64,000 nucleotides of DNA from positions 11,671 to 75,670 of the forward strand of contig SVIV01000003.1 in assembly GCA_015069325.1 (NCBI GenBank). The letters are read 5' to 3'. The DNA comes from Clostridiales bacterium. GTDB lineage: Bacteria; Bacillota; Clostridia; Christensenellales; UBA1242. Positions 50,357 through 60,359 of the stretch are shown here, one piece after another (positions within the stretch are counted from its first letter, which is position 1; the number at the start of each line of letters is the position of its first letter). Below the pieces are notes generated by a model. It had not been told where the DNA came from. It was given only the letters and a program-made list of their open reading frames with translations, and made no database searches. Position numbers and translations under genes: made by a program.

Positions 50357-52612
50357 ATGAAAAAAGAAAATCAATCTTTAGATATATATAACGGTTTTAA
50401 AGGAAGCAAGTGGAAAGACGAGATAGATGTTGCTGACTTTATTGCAAACAACTATAAAGAGTATAAAGGAGACGATACGTTTTTATCTGGGGTTAGCAAA
50501 AAAACAAAGGCTGTTTGGAATAAATGTGAAAAGCTTCTTGAAAAAGAGAGAAAGGTTCGTATATTAGACGTTGACCTTGAGCATATTTCAGGAATTGATA
50601 ATTTTCCTGCGGGCTATATTGATAAGCGAAACGAAGTGATTGTTGGTCTGCAAACTGACAAACCACTTAAACGTATTGTTAATCCATATGGCGGCGTTCG
50701 TATGGTTGAGAATGCATTGAATGCTTGTGGCAAAACTATGGGCGGGAAGGAATATCCTGTTTTTAAACAAATGATAAGAAAGACTCATAATGACGGGGTT
50801 TTTGATGCCTATACTCCAGCAATACGTGCGGCGAGACGAGCAGGGCTGTTGACCGGACTTCCTGATGCTTATGGCAGGGGCAGAATTATTGGCGACTATA
50901 GACGGGTGGCCCTATACGGAACTGATAGACTGATTCAAGAAAAAAGAAATGATTTAAAATCAAAGGCCCTTACAAATGTTTGCAGTAATGAAATTATCAG
51001 AATAAGAGAAGAAGTAAGTTCACAAATTAGGGCACTAGAACAAATTAAATCAATGGCGTCGAAATACGGATTTGATATTTCTCTTCCAGCGACAAATGCA
51101 AAAGAAGCATTTCAATGGACATATTTTGCCTATCTTGCAGCAGTCAAAGAAAACAATGGTGCGGCAATGAGTTTGGGTAGAGTTTCGACGTTTTTAGATA
51201 TATTTATTGAACGAGATATTGCAAACGGCATTTTAACAGAAAAAGAAGCTCAGGAACTTGTTGACCAGTTTACTATCAAGCTTCGACTTGTGAGACATTT
51301 AAGGACTCCAGACTATGATGAAATTTTCGCAGGCGATCCTACTTGGGTTACTGAATCAATAGGGGGAATGCTTGATGCAAATAAGAGTCTTGTTACGAAA
51401 TCCTCATTCCGTTTCCTGCATTCTCTAATCAATTTAGACCCTTCTCCAGAACCAAATTTGACAGTTTTATGGTCAAAAGGACTTCCTAAAAACTTTAAAA
51501 AATATTGTGCAAAAATTTCAATTTTAACAGATTCAATTCAATATGAAAGTGATGATGCAATGCGACCAATGTATGGAAATGATTATGCAATTGCTTGTTG
51601 TGTTTCTGCGATGAAGGTTGGCAAACAAATGCAATTCTTTGGCGCAAGATGTAATCTTGCTAAAGCACTCTTATACAGCATTAATGGCGGTATTGACGAA
51701 AAGAGTGGCGTAAAGGTTGTTGAAGGAATAGCAAAAATTGATGATGAAATTTTAGACTATCAAAAAGTTAAAAAAGCATATTTTAATACATTAAGCGAAG
51801 TAGCAAAAGTGTATGTTGAAGCAATGAATATCATTCATTATATGCACGACAAGTATGCTTATGAAGCAGGTCAAATGGCACTTCACGACAGTTTCGTGGA
51901 AAGGCTTATGGCATTTGGAATGGCAGGCCTTTCTGTTGCAGTCGATTCTCTTTCCGCAATTAAGTATGCAAAAGTGAAGCCAATTAGAAATGCAGAAGGC
52001 GTTGCGGTTGATTTTAAAGTTGTTGGCGATTTTCCTAAATACGGAAATGATGATGATAGAGTAGATAAGATTGCAGTCGAAGTAGTAAAACATTTTATTT
52101 CTGAGCTTAAACGCAATAAGCTTTATCGTGGAGCGAAACATACCCTTTCTGCACTTACTATTACGTCGAATGTAATGTATGGAAAGAAAACAGGCACGAC
52201 TCCTGACGGAAGAAAAGACGGGGAAGCTTTCGCACCGGGCGCAAACCCAATGCACGGGCGGGATTCATCGGGTGCACTCGCATCTCTAAACAGTGTCGCA
52301 AAAATTCCGTATTGCAATACCTGTGAAGATGGAGTTTCAAACACCTTTTCAATTGTTCCAAATGCTTTAGGTAAAGATGAAAATTCAAGAGTTAAAAATC
52401 TTGTGAATGTTTTAGATGGATATTTTGAAAAAGGGGCACAACATATCAACGTTAATGTGCTAGATCGAGAAAAACTTATTGACGCAATGAATAATCCAGG
52501 CAAATATCCAACTCTTACTATCAGGGTATCTGGTTATGCAGTGAATTTCAATAAATTAAGTCGAGCTCATCAAGAAGAAGTGATTGCAAGGACTTTCCAC
52601 GAAAAAGTGTAG
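50357..52612 (+). CDS. pflB: Formate C-acetyltransferase (pyruvate formate-lyase)
   Basis: 751 aa with the active-site CCVSAM-type motif ([11 protein letters not shown]) and the glycyl-radical motif [11 protein letters not shown]. Confidence 0.95.
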   Translation: MKKENQSLDIYNGFKGSKWKDEIDVADFIANNYKEYKGDDTFLSGVSKKTKAVWNKCEKLLEKERKVRILDVDLEHISGIDNFPAGYIDKRNEVIVGLQTDKPLKRIVNPYGGVRMVENALNACGKTMGGKEYPVFKQMIRKTHNDGVFDAYTPAIRAARRAGLLTGLPDAYGRGRIIGDYRRVALYGTDRLIQEKRNDLKSKALTNVCSNEIIRIREEVSSQIRALEQIKSMASKYGFDISLPATNAKEAFQWTYFAYLAAVKENNGAAMSLGRVSTFLDIFIERDIANGILTEKEAQELVDQFTIKLRLVRHLRTPDYDEIFAGDPTWVTESIGGMLDANKSLVTKSSFRFLHSLINLDPSPEPNLTVLWSKGLPKNFKKYCAKISILTDSIQYESDDAMRPMYGNDYAIACCVSAMKVGKQMQFFGARCNLAKALLYSINGGIDEKSGVKVVEGIAKIDDEILDYQKVKKAYFNTLSEVAKVYVEAMNIIHYMHDKYAYEAGQMALHDSFVERLMAFGMAGLSVAVDSLSAIKYAKVKPIRNAEGVAVDFKVVGDFPKYGNDDDRVDKIAVEVVKHFISELKRNKLYRGAKHTLSALTITSNVMYGKKTGTTPDGRKDGEAFAPGANPMHGRDSSGALASLNSVAKIPYCNTCEDGVSNTFSIVPNALGKDENSRVKNLVNVLDGYFEKGAQHINVNVLDREKLIDAMNNPGKYPTLTIRVSGYAVNFNKLSRAHQEEVIARTFHEKV

Positions 52613-52627
52613 TATATTAGGAGGCCT

Positions 52628-53086
52628 ATGAAAGAGATTAAAATAGTTGTTGCAAAGACTAAAAAAGATTGTGAAATATGCAGTGAATTTATGGAAAAAT
52701 TAATAAATTATGAATCGCTAATTGACAAGACAATAAATTCTAATGTTTGTGTTGAAGAATTGTTTGAAAAAAATTTGCACAACGAATATTTTTATATTGC
52801 CTATGCAAAACAAGAAAAACCAATAGGATTTATTTTTGGCTATTTAAATGTGTCAAAAGGGAAAGTTCGTGCGACAAATATTTTAAATCTCGAAGGTATT
52901 TTTGTTGATGAAAATTTCAGGAAAACAGGTGTTGGGAAAATACTCTTGCAATCTTTTGAAAAATGGGCGAAAGATAAGTTTGATGATTTCGCAATTGAAA
53001 TAACATATATTAATGCAAATAAAAATGCTCAAAAATTTTATGAAAAAATGGGATATTGTCCAGTTAAAACAATCTTAAGGAAATAA
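52628..53086 (+). CDS. GNAT-family N-acetyltransferase
   Basis: 152 aa with the acetyl-CoA motif FVDENFRKTGVGKILL and C-terminal A..FYEKMGY. GGAGG SD present. Confidence 0.8.
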   Translation: MKEIKIVVAKTKKDCEICSEFMEKLINYESLIDKTINSNVCVEELFEKNLHNEYFYIAYAKQEKPIGFIFGYLNVSKGKVRATNILNLEGIFVDENFRKTGVGKILLQSFEKWAKDKFDDFAIEITYINANKNAQKFYEKMGYCPVKTILRK

Positions 53087-53087
53087 A

Positions 53088-53789
53088 ATGATTAAAGGAA
53101 GAATTAGTAGTGTTGAAACAATGGGCACTTTAGACGGGCCGGGAATTCGGTTTGTTGTGTTTTTGCAGGGGTGCAAACTTCGTTGCAAATATTGTCATAA
53201 TCCTGAAACTTGGGCTATTGATGCTGGCGAAGAAATAACCCCAAAACAACTCATTGAAAAAATAAAAAGATATAAATCATATTTTGCTGACGAAGGCGGT
53301 GTTACTTTTTCTGGCGGGGAGCCGTTGTTGCAACCAGAATTTTTAATCGCCTGCTTAAAACTTTGCAAAGAAAATAATATTCACACTGCTTTAGATACCG
53401 CTGGTGTAGGTTTTGGCGATTATGAAGAAATTTTGTCTCTGACCGACCTTGTTATTTTAGATGTTAAGGCTGTTGATGAAAATGAATATAAAGAGTTGAC
53501 GGGTATGAATATAAAATATTTTTATCAGTTTTTATCTGCCTGTGAAAGGGCGAATGTGGATATGTGGATAAGACAGGTTATTGTTCCAGGGCTTAATGAT
53601 GATGCAACACATATTGAAAAGTTGAAAGGGTTTATTTCATCAATTAAAAACGTTCAAAGGGTTGAACTCTTGCCATATAAAAACATAGGGGCACATAAAT
53701 ATAAAAGTTTAAAAATTAAATATCGCCTTGAAGGCACTGTGGATATGGACGAAGAAAAATGTAAATATCTTGAAAATTTATTAAAATAA
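53088..53789 (+). CDS. pflA: Pyruvate formate-lyase activating enzyme (radical SAM)
   Basis: GPGIRFVVFLQGCKLRCKYCHNPET (CxxxCxxC) and GGVTFSGGEPLLQ. Confidence 0.92.
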   Translation: MIKGRISSVETMGTLDGPGIRFVVFLQGCKLRCKYCHNPETWAIDAGEEITPKQLIEKIKRYKSYFADEGGVTFSGGEPLLQPEFLIACLKLCKENNIHTALDTAGVGFGDYEEILSLTDLVILDVKAVDENEYKELTGMNIKYFYQFLSACERANVDMWIRQVIVPGLNDDATHIEKLKGFISSIKNVQRVELLPYKNIGAHKYKSLKIKYRLEGTVDMDEEKCKYLENLLK

Positions 53790-53814
53790 AAAAGAGTCTA
53801 ATTAAGGCTCTTTT

Positions 53815-54327
53815 TTATTTTTGTTCGTATTCATCAAGTTCTAATGAAAGTTTTTGCTTTAAATAGTTTTGTGCTAATGTGATTCCTTCTTGTTTTAATT
53901 TTAGTTGTTGTGAATGAGTCATTCTTATTCCTTTTGAAAAAATACTGATATATCGTTTTTCAAATAATCCCAACACACATTGAGTAAATTGCTCATCTGA
54001 AAAATATTCATATGGAATATTATCAATTGCTTTAAATGTTATGCCATAGTGAATAAGGTCAAGCATATAATTAAATAATACTTCTCCTTTTTGTGTTTTT
54101 GTTATGGTAAGATTCCCCATAAGATCAAGATATTCAAATATTTGACGATCTTTACGCTTTACTCTTGCAAAACCGTTTTCAAATTTAGTCCCAATTTCAA
54201 ATGGTTGAGATAGGTATGGCTGGTTGTAAAACGGCGAAAAATAATAGTGAACAAATCCACTTTTTTTTATTTTTAATGGCGAAAATTTTGCAATCAATAT
54301 TAATTCTTCTAATCTTGTCATTTTCAT
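53815..54327 (-). CDS. Hypothetical protein
   Basis: 170-aa ORF with no motifs recognised. Confidence 0.5.
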   Translation of the reverse strand: MKMTRLEELILIAKFSPLKIKKSGFVHYYFSPFYNQPYLSQPFEIGTKFENGFARVKRKDRQIFEYLDLMGNLTITKTQKGEVLFNYMLDLIHYGITFKAIDNIPYEYFSDEQFTQCVLGLFEKRYISIFSKGIRMTHSQQLKLKQEGITLAQNYLKQKLSLELDEYEQK

Positions 54328-54396
54328 AGCGTTATTTTAACAGCAAAATTATCTTTTGTCAATATTAAAAAAAGATTAACTTTACTTGTTAATCTT

Positions 54397-55083
54397 TTAA
54401 TATCCACGAAGTGAAACGTTTTTAATAGTTTTTGAAAGAATCTCTTTAAAGTTTAAAGCGTCATCTTTTTGGACGGGGGAAAGGTTGGCCGAAATGCAAC
54501 TGCCGTTATCTACAAATTTTTGAAGATATAAAATTTTTTCTCCCGCAAGTTCGCTTGCCATTTGTTGAATGGTTGCTGTTGTGTGAAACTCACCAACAAG
54601 TGTCGTGCGGAGTTCATATGGCAAGTTATATTTTTTTAACAACTTTAAAGTTGTTTGTATATTTGCAACCTGTGGATTTTTTACCCCGCTTATCGCTTGA
54701 TAATGAGAAAAAGAATTTTTGATATCTATTGCAACATAATCAATTAATTTTTCTTTTGCAAGTTTTTCAACGACATTAGGAAACGTTCCGTTGGTATCTA
54801 ATTTTATGCTATAACCAATTTTCTTTACCTTTTTTATAAAGTCTAATAAGTCGGGCTGAAGACAAGGCTCGCCACCTGAAATTGTTACTCCATCTAAAAG
54901 AGATGTGCGCTGTTTGAGATAATCTAAAACTGTATTTTCATCAATGGATTCACTTGTTTGATTGACTAAACTTGAATTGTGGCAGAAAGGACAGCGAAAA
55001 TTGCAACCACCAGTAAAGATGGTTGCACAAATCTTTCCTTCATAGTCAACAAAAGACACTTTTTCAAGACCTAATATTTTCAT
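54397..55083 (-). CDS. nrdG: Anaerobic ribonucleoside-triphosphate reductase activating protein (radical SAM)
   Basis: FTGGCNFRCPFCHN and ISGGEPCLQ. Last gene of the nrdD operon. Confidence 0.88.
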   Translation of the reverse strand: MKILGLEKVSFVDYEGKICATIFTGGCNFRCPFCHNSSLVNQTSESIDENTVLDYLKQRTSLLDGVTISGGEPCLQPDLLDFIKKVKKIGYSIKLDTNGTFPNVVEKLAKEKLIDYVAIDIKNSFSHYQAISGVKNPQVANIQTTLKLLKKYNLPYELRTTLVGEFHTTATIQQMASELAGEKILYLQKFVDNGSCISANLSPVQKDDALNFKEILSKTIKNVSLRGY

Positions 55084-55095
55084 TGATTTTCTACT

Positions 55096-56010
55096 TTAAT
55101 TATTAATTTGTGTATCAATATATTTACAAGCTCTTGTGGCAGAAACCGCACCATCAGAAATGGCAGTTGTTACCTGCCTTATTTCTTTAGTTCGGCAGTC
55201 GCCTGCAACATAAAGACCATTTGTTTTGCTTATGCAACGTTCATCAGAAATAAGATATCCGCTTTCATCAAGTGGAGATAATCCTTCAAAAATTTTGTTG
55301 TCTGGCACTTGCCCAATTGCGACGAATAGTGCCTGAGTTTTGTGCTCAAATACAACACCTTCTTTATTTTGAAAAACAATACCTTCCAAAGATTCATTTC
55401 CTATAAGTTTAACTGCTTTGCAATTATGCTGAATTACAATATTGTCTGTAGCAAGCACTTTTTCTTGCAAAACTTTTTCCCCGAAGAATTTATCAAATAG
55501 TGTAAAAACGTGAACTTTACTGCAATATGAAGACAGCGTCAATGCGTATTGCAAAGCACTGTTGGCATCACCTATCAATGTAACTTCTTTGCCGGCATAG
55601 AAAGGTCCATCGCATATTGCACAATAGTATAGTCCTTTTCCTAAAAATTTGTCTTCATTTTCAAGTCCAAGCGTTCTAGGTTTTGCTCCTGTTGCAATAA
55701 TTACGCTTTTTGCTTGATAGGTGCTAAAGTCTGTTGTGACTTCGAATATATTATTAATTTTTTTTATGACTGTTGCAGTTTCAAGTTCGAATTCACAACC
55801 GAGAGCTACGACTTGTTCGAACATCTGATCGGCAAGTTCACTTCCAGAAATGCTTTTTTGCGATGGGTAGTTTTCTACCTTTGGACTTTTTGCAATTTGC
55901 CCGCCAACGCATTCTTTTTCAAGAATTAGGACTTTTTTATCATTTCTTAATGCGTAAAGGGCGGCAGTCAATCCTGCCGGCCCTCCCCCTATAATTATAA
56001 TATCAAACAT
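55096..56010 (-). CDS. Thioredoxin-reductase-like flavoprotein with degenerate pyridine-nucleotide motifs
   Basis: The FAD motif IIIIGGGPAGLTAALYA, the redox CAICDG, and GDC..KEIRQVTTAISDG. The canonical GGGxxA is GDANSA here, and the HRRxxxR position reads TLFDKFFGE. Its ATG overlaps the nrdD stop by 1 nt. Confidence 0.8.
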   Translation of the reverse strand: MFDIIIIGGGPAGLTAALYALRNDKKVLILEKECVGGQIAKSPKVENYPSQKSISGSELADQMFEQVVALGCEFELETATVIKKINNIFEVTTDFSTYQAKSVIIATGAKPRTLGLENEDKFLGKGLYYCAICDGPFYAGKEVTLIGDANSALQYALTLSSYCSKVHVFTLFDKFFGEKVLQEKVLATDNIVIQHNCKAVKLIGNESLEGIVFQNKEGVVFEHKTQALFVAIGQVPDNKIFEGLSPLDESGYLISDERCISKTNGLYVAGDCRTKEIRQVTTAISDGAVSATRACKYIDTQINN

Positions 56011-58388
56011 TATTTAATTTCCTCAACAAATTTTTTGATTGCAGAAACATTTTCAAGCCTTAATACTTGACCATTATGTTTAATGATAAGTGTTGGTGCT
56101 TGTTTGATTCCGCATTTAGTTGCAAGATTTGGATTTTTTTGTGCGTCAATAATTCTAGCAACAAGCCCAGCTTTTTCAAGAATCATCTTTGCCATTTTGC
56201 AATTTGGGCAGGTGCTTGTAGTAAAGAGAAGTGGCACTTGTGAATTTTCACTTTCTTCACAAGATGAGCATTCACATTTTTCTTCGGCTTTTACTGGGCC
56301 TTCTTTGTTTAAATGTGAATTTGCAATGTCATAAACCTTTCTTTCTTTAAATTCTTGACTCTTACCATCATTCCAATTTGCAACAGGGCGGTAGTAGCCA
56401 GTAATTCTGCTGTAAACTTCAGTTGCCTTTCCGCATTCTGGGCATGTGTGTTGTTCGCCAGTAATGTATCCGTGAGTTGTGCAGACTGAATATGTTGGGC
56501 TGATAGTATAGTAAGGCAAACGATAGTTGTTTGCAATTTTACGAACAAGATTCATAGTTGTTTGCCAATTTTCAAGTTTTTGTCCCAAGAACGCGTGGAA
56601 TACTGTGCCAGAAGTATAAAGTGTTTGCAATTCATCTTGCACGTCAAGAGCCTTGAAAATATCTTCCGTATACCAAACAGGAAGGTGGCTTGAGTTTGTG
56701 TAATAAGGGTTGTTGTCATCACTTGAAGCTGTGATAATGTCTGGATAACGTTTGCGATCGTGTTTAGCAAGTCTGTAAGAAGTTGATTCTGCTGGTGTTG
56801 CTTCTAAGTTGTAAAGGTCGCCATATTTTTCTTGATAGTCAGAAAGTTTTTCTCTCATATAATTCAAAACTTTCTTAGTAAATTCTTGCGATTCAATGTG
56901 AGTAAGGTCTTTTTTAATCCAGTTTGCATTTAAGCAAGCTTCGTTCATACCAACAAGTCCGATTGTTGAGAAGTGATTGTTGAATGATCCTAAATAACGT
57001 TTAGTGTAAGGGTATAATCCAGCTTCTAAAAGTTTTGTGATTGTATCTCGTTTGATTTTTAAGCTTCTTGCTGAAATATCCATCATATTTGCAAGTTTTT
57101 CAAAGAAGTCTTCTTCGTTTTGAGAAAGATATGCTATTCTTGGCATATTGATAGTTACAACACCAATACTTCCTGTGCTTTCTCCAGAACCAAAATATCC
57201 ACCAGATTTTTTGCGAAGTTCTCTTAAATCAAGTCTAAGTCGGCAACACATACTGCGCACATCATTTGGTTCCATATCAGAATTGATATAGTTTGAAAAG
57301 TAAGGAGTGCCATATTTAGTAGTCATTTCAAAAAGGAGTTGATTATTCTCTGTTGGAGACCAATCAAAATCTCTTGTAATTGAGTATGTTGGTATTGGAT
57401 ATTGGAAGCCACGACCGTTTGCATCACCTTCAATCATAATTTCGATGAATGCTTTGTTTACCATAGCCATTTCTTTTTCGCAATCTTTGTATTTAAAATC
57501 CATTTCCTTTCCGCCAACGATTGCATTAAGTTCGGCAAGGTCGGCAGGCACAGTCCAGTCAAGAGTGATATTTGTAAATGGCGCTTGTGTGCCCCAACGA
57601 GAAGGAGTGTTAACGCCATAAATGAATGATTGAATGCATTGTTTTACTTCTTTGTATGAAAGGTTGTCAACTTTAACAAAAGGAGCAAGATATGTGTCAA
57701 ATGAAGAGAATGCTTGTGCGCCAGCCCATTCGTTTTGCATAATACCAAGGAAGTTTACCATTTGATTGCAAAGAGTGCTTAAATGGCTTGCAGGAGAACT
57801 TGTTATTTTGCCCGGAACGCCGCCTAAACCTTCTTGAATGAGTTGTTTTAAACTCCACCCAGCGCAGTAGCCTGTAAGCATGCTTAAGTCGTGAATATGA
57901 ATGTCTGCGTTTTTATGAGCTTGTCCAATTTCTTTGTCATAAACATCATTAAGCCAATAGTTTGCACTGATTGCTCCAGAGTTTGATAAAATAAGTCCGC
58001 CGACAGAATAAGTAACGGTTGAGTTTTCTTTTACTCGCCAGTCGGCAAGTTTAAGATATTTATCAACTGTTTCTTTATAATCCATTAGTGTTGAGCCTAC
58101 ATTTCTAATCTTTTCGTGATCTCTGCGGTATAGAATATAGGACTTTGCAACATCTTCATATCCATTTTTCATAAGCACTTTTTCAACAATATCTTGAATG
58201 TCTTCTACTGTTGGGATAGAATCAACAAACTTTTCACTTAAATAAAGTTCGGCAATCTTTGCCATTTTTTTGCAATCTTGAATATTGCCAATTCCGAGTG
58301 AAAGCATAGCCTTGGCAATGGCGCTTTCAATTTTTTCAATGTTGTAGTCAACAACTCGACCATCTCTTTTTCTGATAGATTTAATCAT
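56010..58388 (-). CDS. nrdD: Anaerobic (class III) ribonucleoside-triphosphate reductase with a fused C-terminal thioredoxin-fold domain
   Basis: ATP-cone MIKSIRKRDGRVVDYNIEKI, SMCCRLRLD, a Zn site CTTHG...CPECG, glycyl-radical RITGYYRPV, then a 105-aa tail containing TSTCPNCKMAK...IKQAPTLII. Start moved to ATG 58388 (AAGGGGAAG SD). Confidence 0.93.
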   Translation of the reverse strand: MIKSIRKRDGRVVDYNIEKIESAIAKAMLSLGIGNIQDCKKMAKIAELYLSEKFVDSIPTVEDIQDIVEKVLMKNGYEDVAKSYILYRRDHEKIRNVGSTLMDYKETVDKYLKLADWRVKENSTVTYSVGGLILSNSGAISANYWLNDVYDKEIGQAHKNADIHIHDLSMLTGYCAGWSLKQLIQEGLGGVPGKITSSPASHLSTLCNQMVNFLGIMQNEWAGAQAFSSFDTYLAPFVKVDNLSYKEVKQCIQSFIYGVNTPSRWGTQAPFTNITLDWTVPADLAELNAIVGGKEMDFKYKDCEKEMAMVNKAFIEIMIEGDANGRGFQYPIPTYSITRDFDWSPTENNQLLFEMTTKYGTPYFSNYINSDMEPNDVRSMCCRLRLDLRELRKKSGGYFGSGESTGSIGVVTINMPRIAYLSQNEEDFFEKLANMMDISARSLKIKRDTITKLLEAGLYPYTKRYLGSFNNHFSTIGLVGMNEACLNANWIKKDLTHIESQEFTKKVLNYMREKLSDYQEKYGDLYNLEATPAESTSYRLAKHDRKRYPDIITASSDDNNPYYTNSSHLPVWYTEDIFKALDVQDELQTLYTSGTVFHAFLGQKLENWQTTMNLVRKIANNYRLPYYTISPTYSVCTTHGYITGEQHTCPECGKATEVYSRITGYYRPVANWNDGKSQEFKERKVYDIANSHLNKEGPVKAEEKCECSSCEESENSQVPLLFTTSTCPNCKMAKMILEKAGLVARIIDAQKNPNLATKCGIKQAPTLIIKHNGQVLRLENVSAIKKFVEEIK

Positions 58389-58419
58389 TTTTTCTTCCCC
58401 TTTTAATGTATGAATATAA

Positions 58420-58467
58420 ATTCTATATCTTGTGCCTGTTTTTGCACGGAAACACCACATCTTGTGC
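58420..58467 (-). promoter_or_regulatory. Tandem NrdR-box-like operators upstream of nrdD
   Basis: ATTCTATATCTTGTGC (58420-58435) and ACACCACATCTTGTGC (58452-58467). Each matches 12 of 16 positions of acaCwAtATaTwGtgt, and the starts are 32 bp apart. Confidence 0.5.
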
Positions 58468-58883
58468 TTCTTTGTTCATATGATAAAACTTTAAAAAAGA
58501 AAAGTCAAACGATTTTAACAAAATTTTTTTAGATTTTTTTTACAAATACAATGTTTGTTATGATAGGATAATCATTGATTTGAAAAGATGCAATCTTGCA
58601 GATTTTGTAAAATAATTTAAAAAATGAAATATTTTTGAGCAGTTTATAATAAAAAATATTTTCGAGTCAAAAAGTATGATTTTTTAGTGGGGGTTAGAAG
58701 TTATTTGCTTGTTATATGTAAGCATATCAAAAAATATATTTATTCAAAAAAATTTATAAAAATAAAAATCCCATCGCTTCTGCGACGGGATTTTAGACAT
58801 CTCCTAAGTCTAATTGAATGATAGCACACTTTTATTTTTTTGTCAATATTTTTCATTAAACTTGTAGAGGTGTAATTGTTTTG

Positions 58884-58911
58884 AAAAATAAAAAACACTC
58901 CTAGCGAGTGT
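58884..58911 (-). terminator. Terminator downstream of tRNA-Met
   Basis: ACACTC / GAGTGT stem. On the minus strand it is followed by a T-run. Confidence 0.5.
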
Positions 58912-58915
58912 CCTT

Positions 58916-58992
58916 TGGTAGCAGCAACTGGGATCGAACCAGTGACCTCACGAGTATGAATCGTGCGCTCTAGCCAGCTGAGCTATGCTGCC
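58916..58992 (-). tRNA. tRNA with CAT anticodon (elongator Met, or Ile2 if lysidinylated), CCA encoded
   Basis: The reverse complement GGCAGCATAGCTCAGCTGGCTAGAGCGCACGATTCATACTCGTGAGGTCACTGGTTCGATCCCAGTTGCTGCTACCA has anticodon loop TTCATAC. The anticodon stem lacks the three G-C pairs of an initiator tRNA. Confidence 0.88.
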
Positions 58993-59012
58993 ATACTACC
59001 ATTGCATTATTT

Positions 59013-59041
59013 ATAATAACCAAATTTTGATCATTTGTCAA
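59013..59041 (-). promoter_or_regulatory. SigA-type promoter for the tRNA
   Basis: On the minus strand: TTGACA (59041-59036), a 17-bp spacer, then TATTAT (59018-59013). Confidence 0.5.
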
Positions 59042-59154
59042 GAGAATTATAAAAAATATTCTTAAAATCTGAGTTTTCTTATATTTTTCTTTTTGATTTT
59101 ACTTTGTTTTTGATTTAAAAAATGTTATTCTTATATAGTAAAAGGGGAAAAGTT

Positions 59155-59577
59155 ATGTTATATAATGAAATCAAACAAGCAAATATTCAAGCGATGAAGG
59201 ATAAGGACACAGTTGCAAGAAGTTTTTATTCAGTTTTATTAAACAAAATCAAACTCAGAGAAATTGATAAACGCACTAGTGGTGACGAACTTGTTGACGG
59301 GGATATTGTTAATATCGTGCAAAAGACTATTAAAGAACTTGAAGAAGAAAAGGAAAACTATGCTAAAGTAGGCAATGCGGAAGAAGTGGAAAAAATCACA
59401 AAGCAAATTACGATTGCTGAAAAATATCTTCCTAAACAAATGAGTGAAGAAGAAATTAAAGAAGAAATTCTTGCCCTTGCAGACAGAAGTATTCCTAATG
59501 TAATGAAACATTTTAAGGCAAATTTCAATGGTCAATGTGATATGAAAAAGGTTCAAGAAATTTTAAAGGGATTATAA
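59155..59577 (+). CDS. GatB/YqeY domain protein
   Basis: MLYNEIKQANIQAMKDKDTVARSFYSVLLNKIK... is typical of YqeY. Start moved to ATG 59155. Confidence 0.85.
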   Translation: MLYNEIKQANIQAMKDKDTVARSFYSVLLNKIKLREIDKRTSGDELVDGDIVNIVQKTIKELEEEKENYAKVGNAEEVEKITKQITIAEKYLPKQMSEEEIKEEILALADRSIPNVMKHFKANFNGQCDMKKVQEILKGL

Positions 59578-60290
59578 TGAAAATTTTTGCTATTAGCGAT
59601 TTACATTTATCGGTAAACAATTCAAAGCCTATGGATATCTTTGGACCTGTTTGGGAAGGGTATTTAGACAAAATATTTTCTCAGTGGCAGGAAAAAGTAA
59701 CGGAAGAAGATATCGTTTTAATGGCTGGTGATTTGTCCTGGGCGATGAAAATGGAAGAAGTTAAGTCAGATATAAAGCTCTTTGAAAACCTAAAAGGGAA
59801 AAAGGTCATCATTCGTGGCAATCACGATTATTGGTGGCATTCAATTTCTGCATTAAGGGCAATTCTTCCTGAAAACTTTTATGCTATTCAAAACGATGCA
59901 ATCCGTTTTGATGGGGTTGTTTTGTGTGGGACTCGCGGTTGGAAAGGGGTTGAAAGAAACCAAGTGCTTTCGCCAGAAGATCAAAAGATTTTCGACCGAG
60001 AAGTTTTAAGGCTTGAAATGACATTGCAAAATGCAAAAAAACTTATGCAGGAAGGGGATAAACTTATTTGCATGATGCATTATCCACCGCTTGGAATGTG
60101 TAAAGATGATACAAAATTTTCATTGCTGATTGAAGAGTATGGTGTTGATATTGTTGTTTATGGGCATTTACACGGGTATAAAAACCCTGATATTCATTTT
60201 GAAAAAAATGGGGTTGAGTATTTCTTGACATCTTGCGATGAAATCAACAACGAACTTATTGAAATTTGTGATATAAAAGGGATTGTATAA
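59577..60290 (+). CDS. Metallophosphoesterase
   Basis: ISDLHL, GDLSW, GNHDYWW and GHLHG motifs in the canonical order. Confidence 0.85.
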   Translation: MKIFAISDLHLSVNNSKPMDIFGPVWEGYLDKIFSQWQEKVTEEDIVLMAGDLSWAMKMEEVKSDIKLFENLKGKKVIIRGNHDYWWHSISALRAILPENFYAIQNDAIRFDGVVLCGTRGWKGVERNQVLSPEDQKIFDREVLRLEMTLQNAKKLMQEGDKLICMMHYPPLGMCKDDTKFSLLIEEYGVDIVVYGHLHGYKNPDIHFEKNGVEYFLTSCDEINNELIEICDIKGIV

Positions 60291-60359
60291 TTTAATTAAT
60301 ACTTGACAAATATTGAGTTATATAGTAAAATCATATAGAAATTATATATTGGAGAAGAA

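Noticed and set aside
51791-52503. Several 75-154-aa minus-strand ORFs inside pflB; similar antisense ORFs lie inside nrdD, mnmG, addB and the giant gene
   Set aside because: All lie antisense or out of frame within strongly supported conserved genes, lack SD sequences and have skewed composition. They are typical shadow ORFs.
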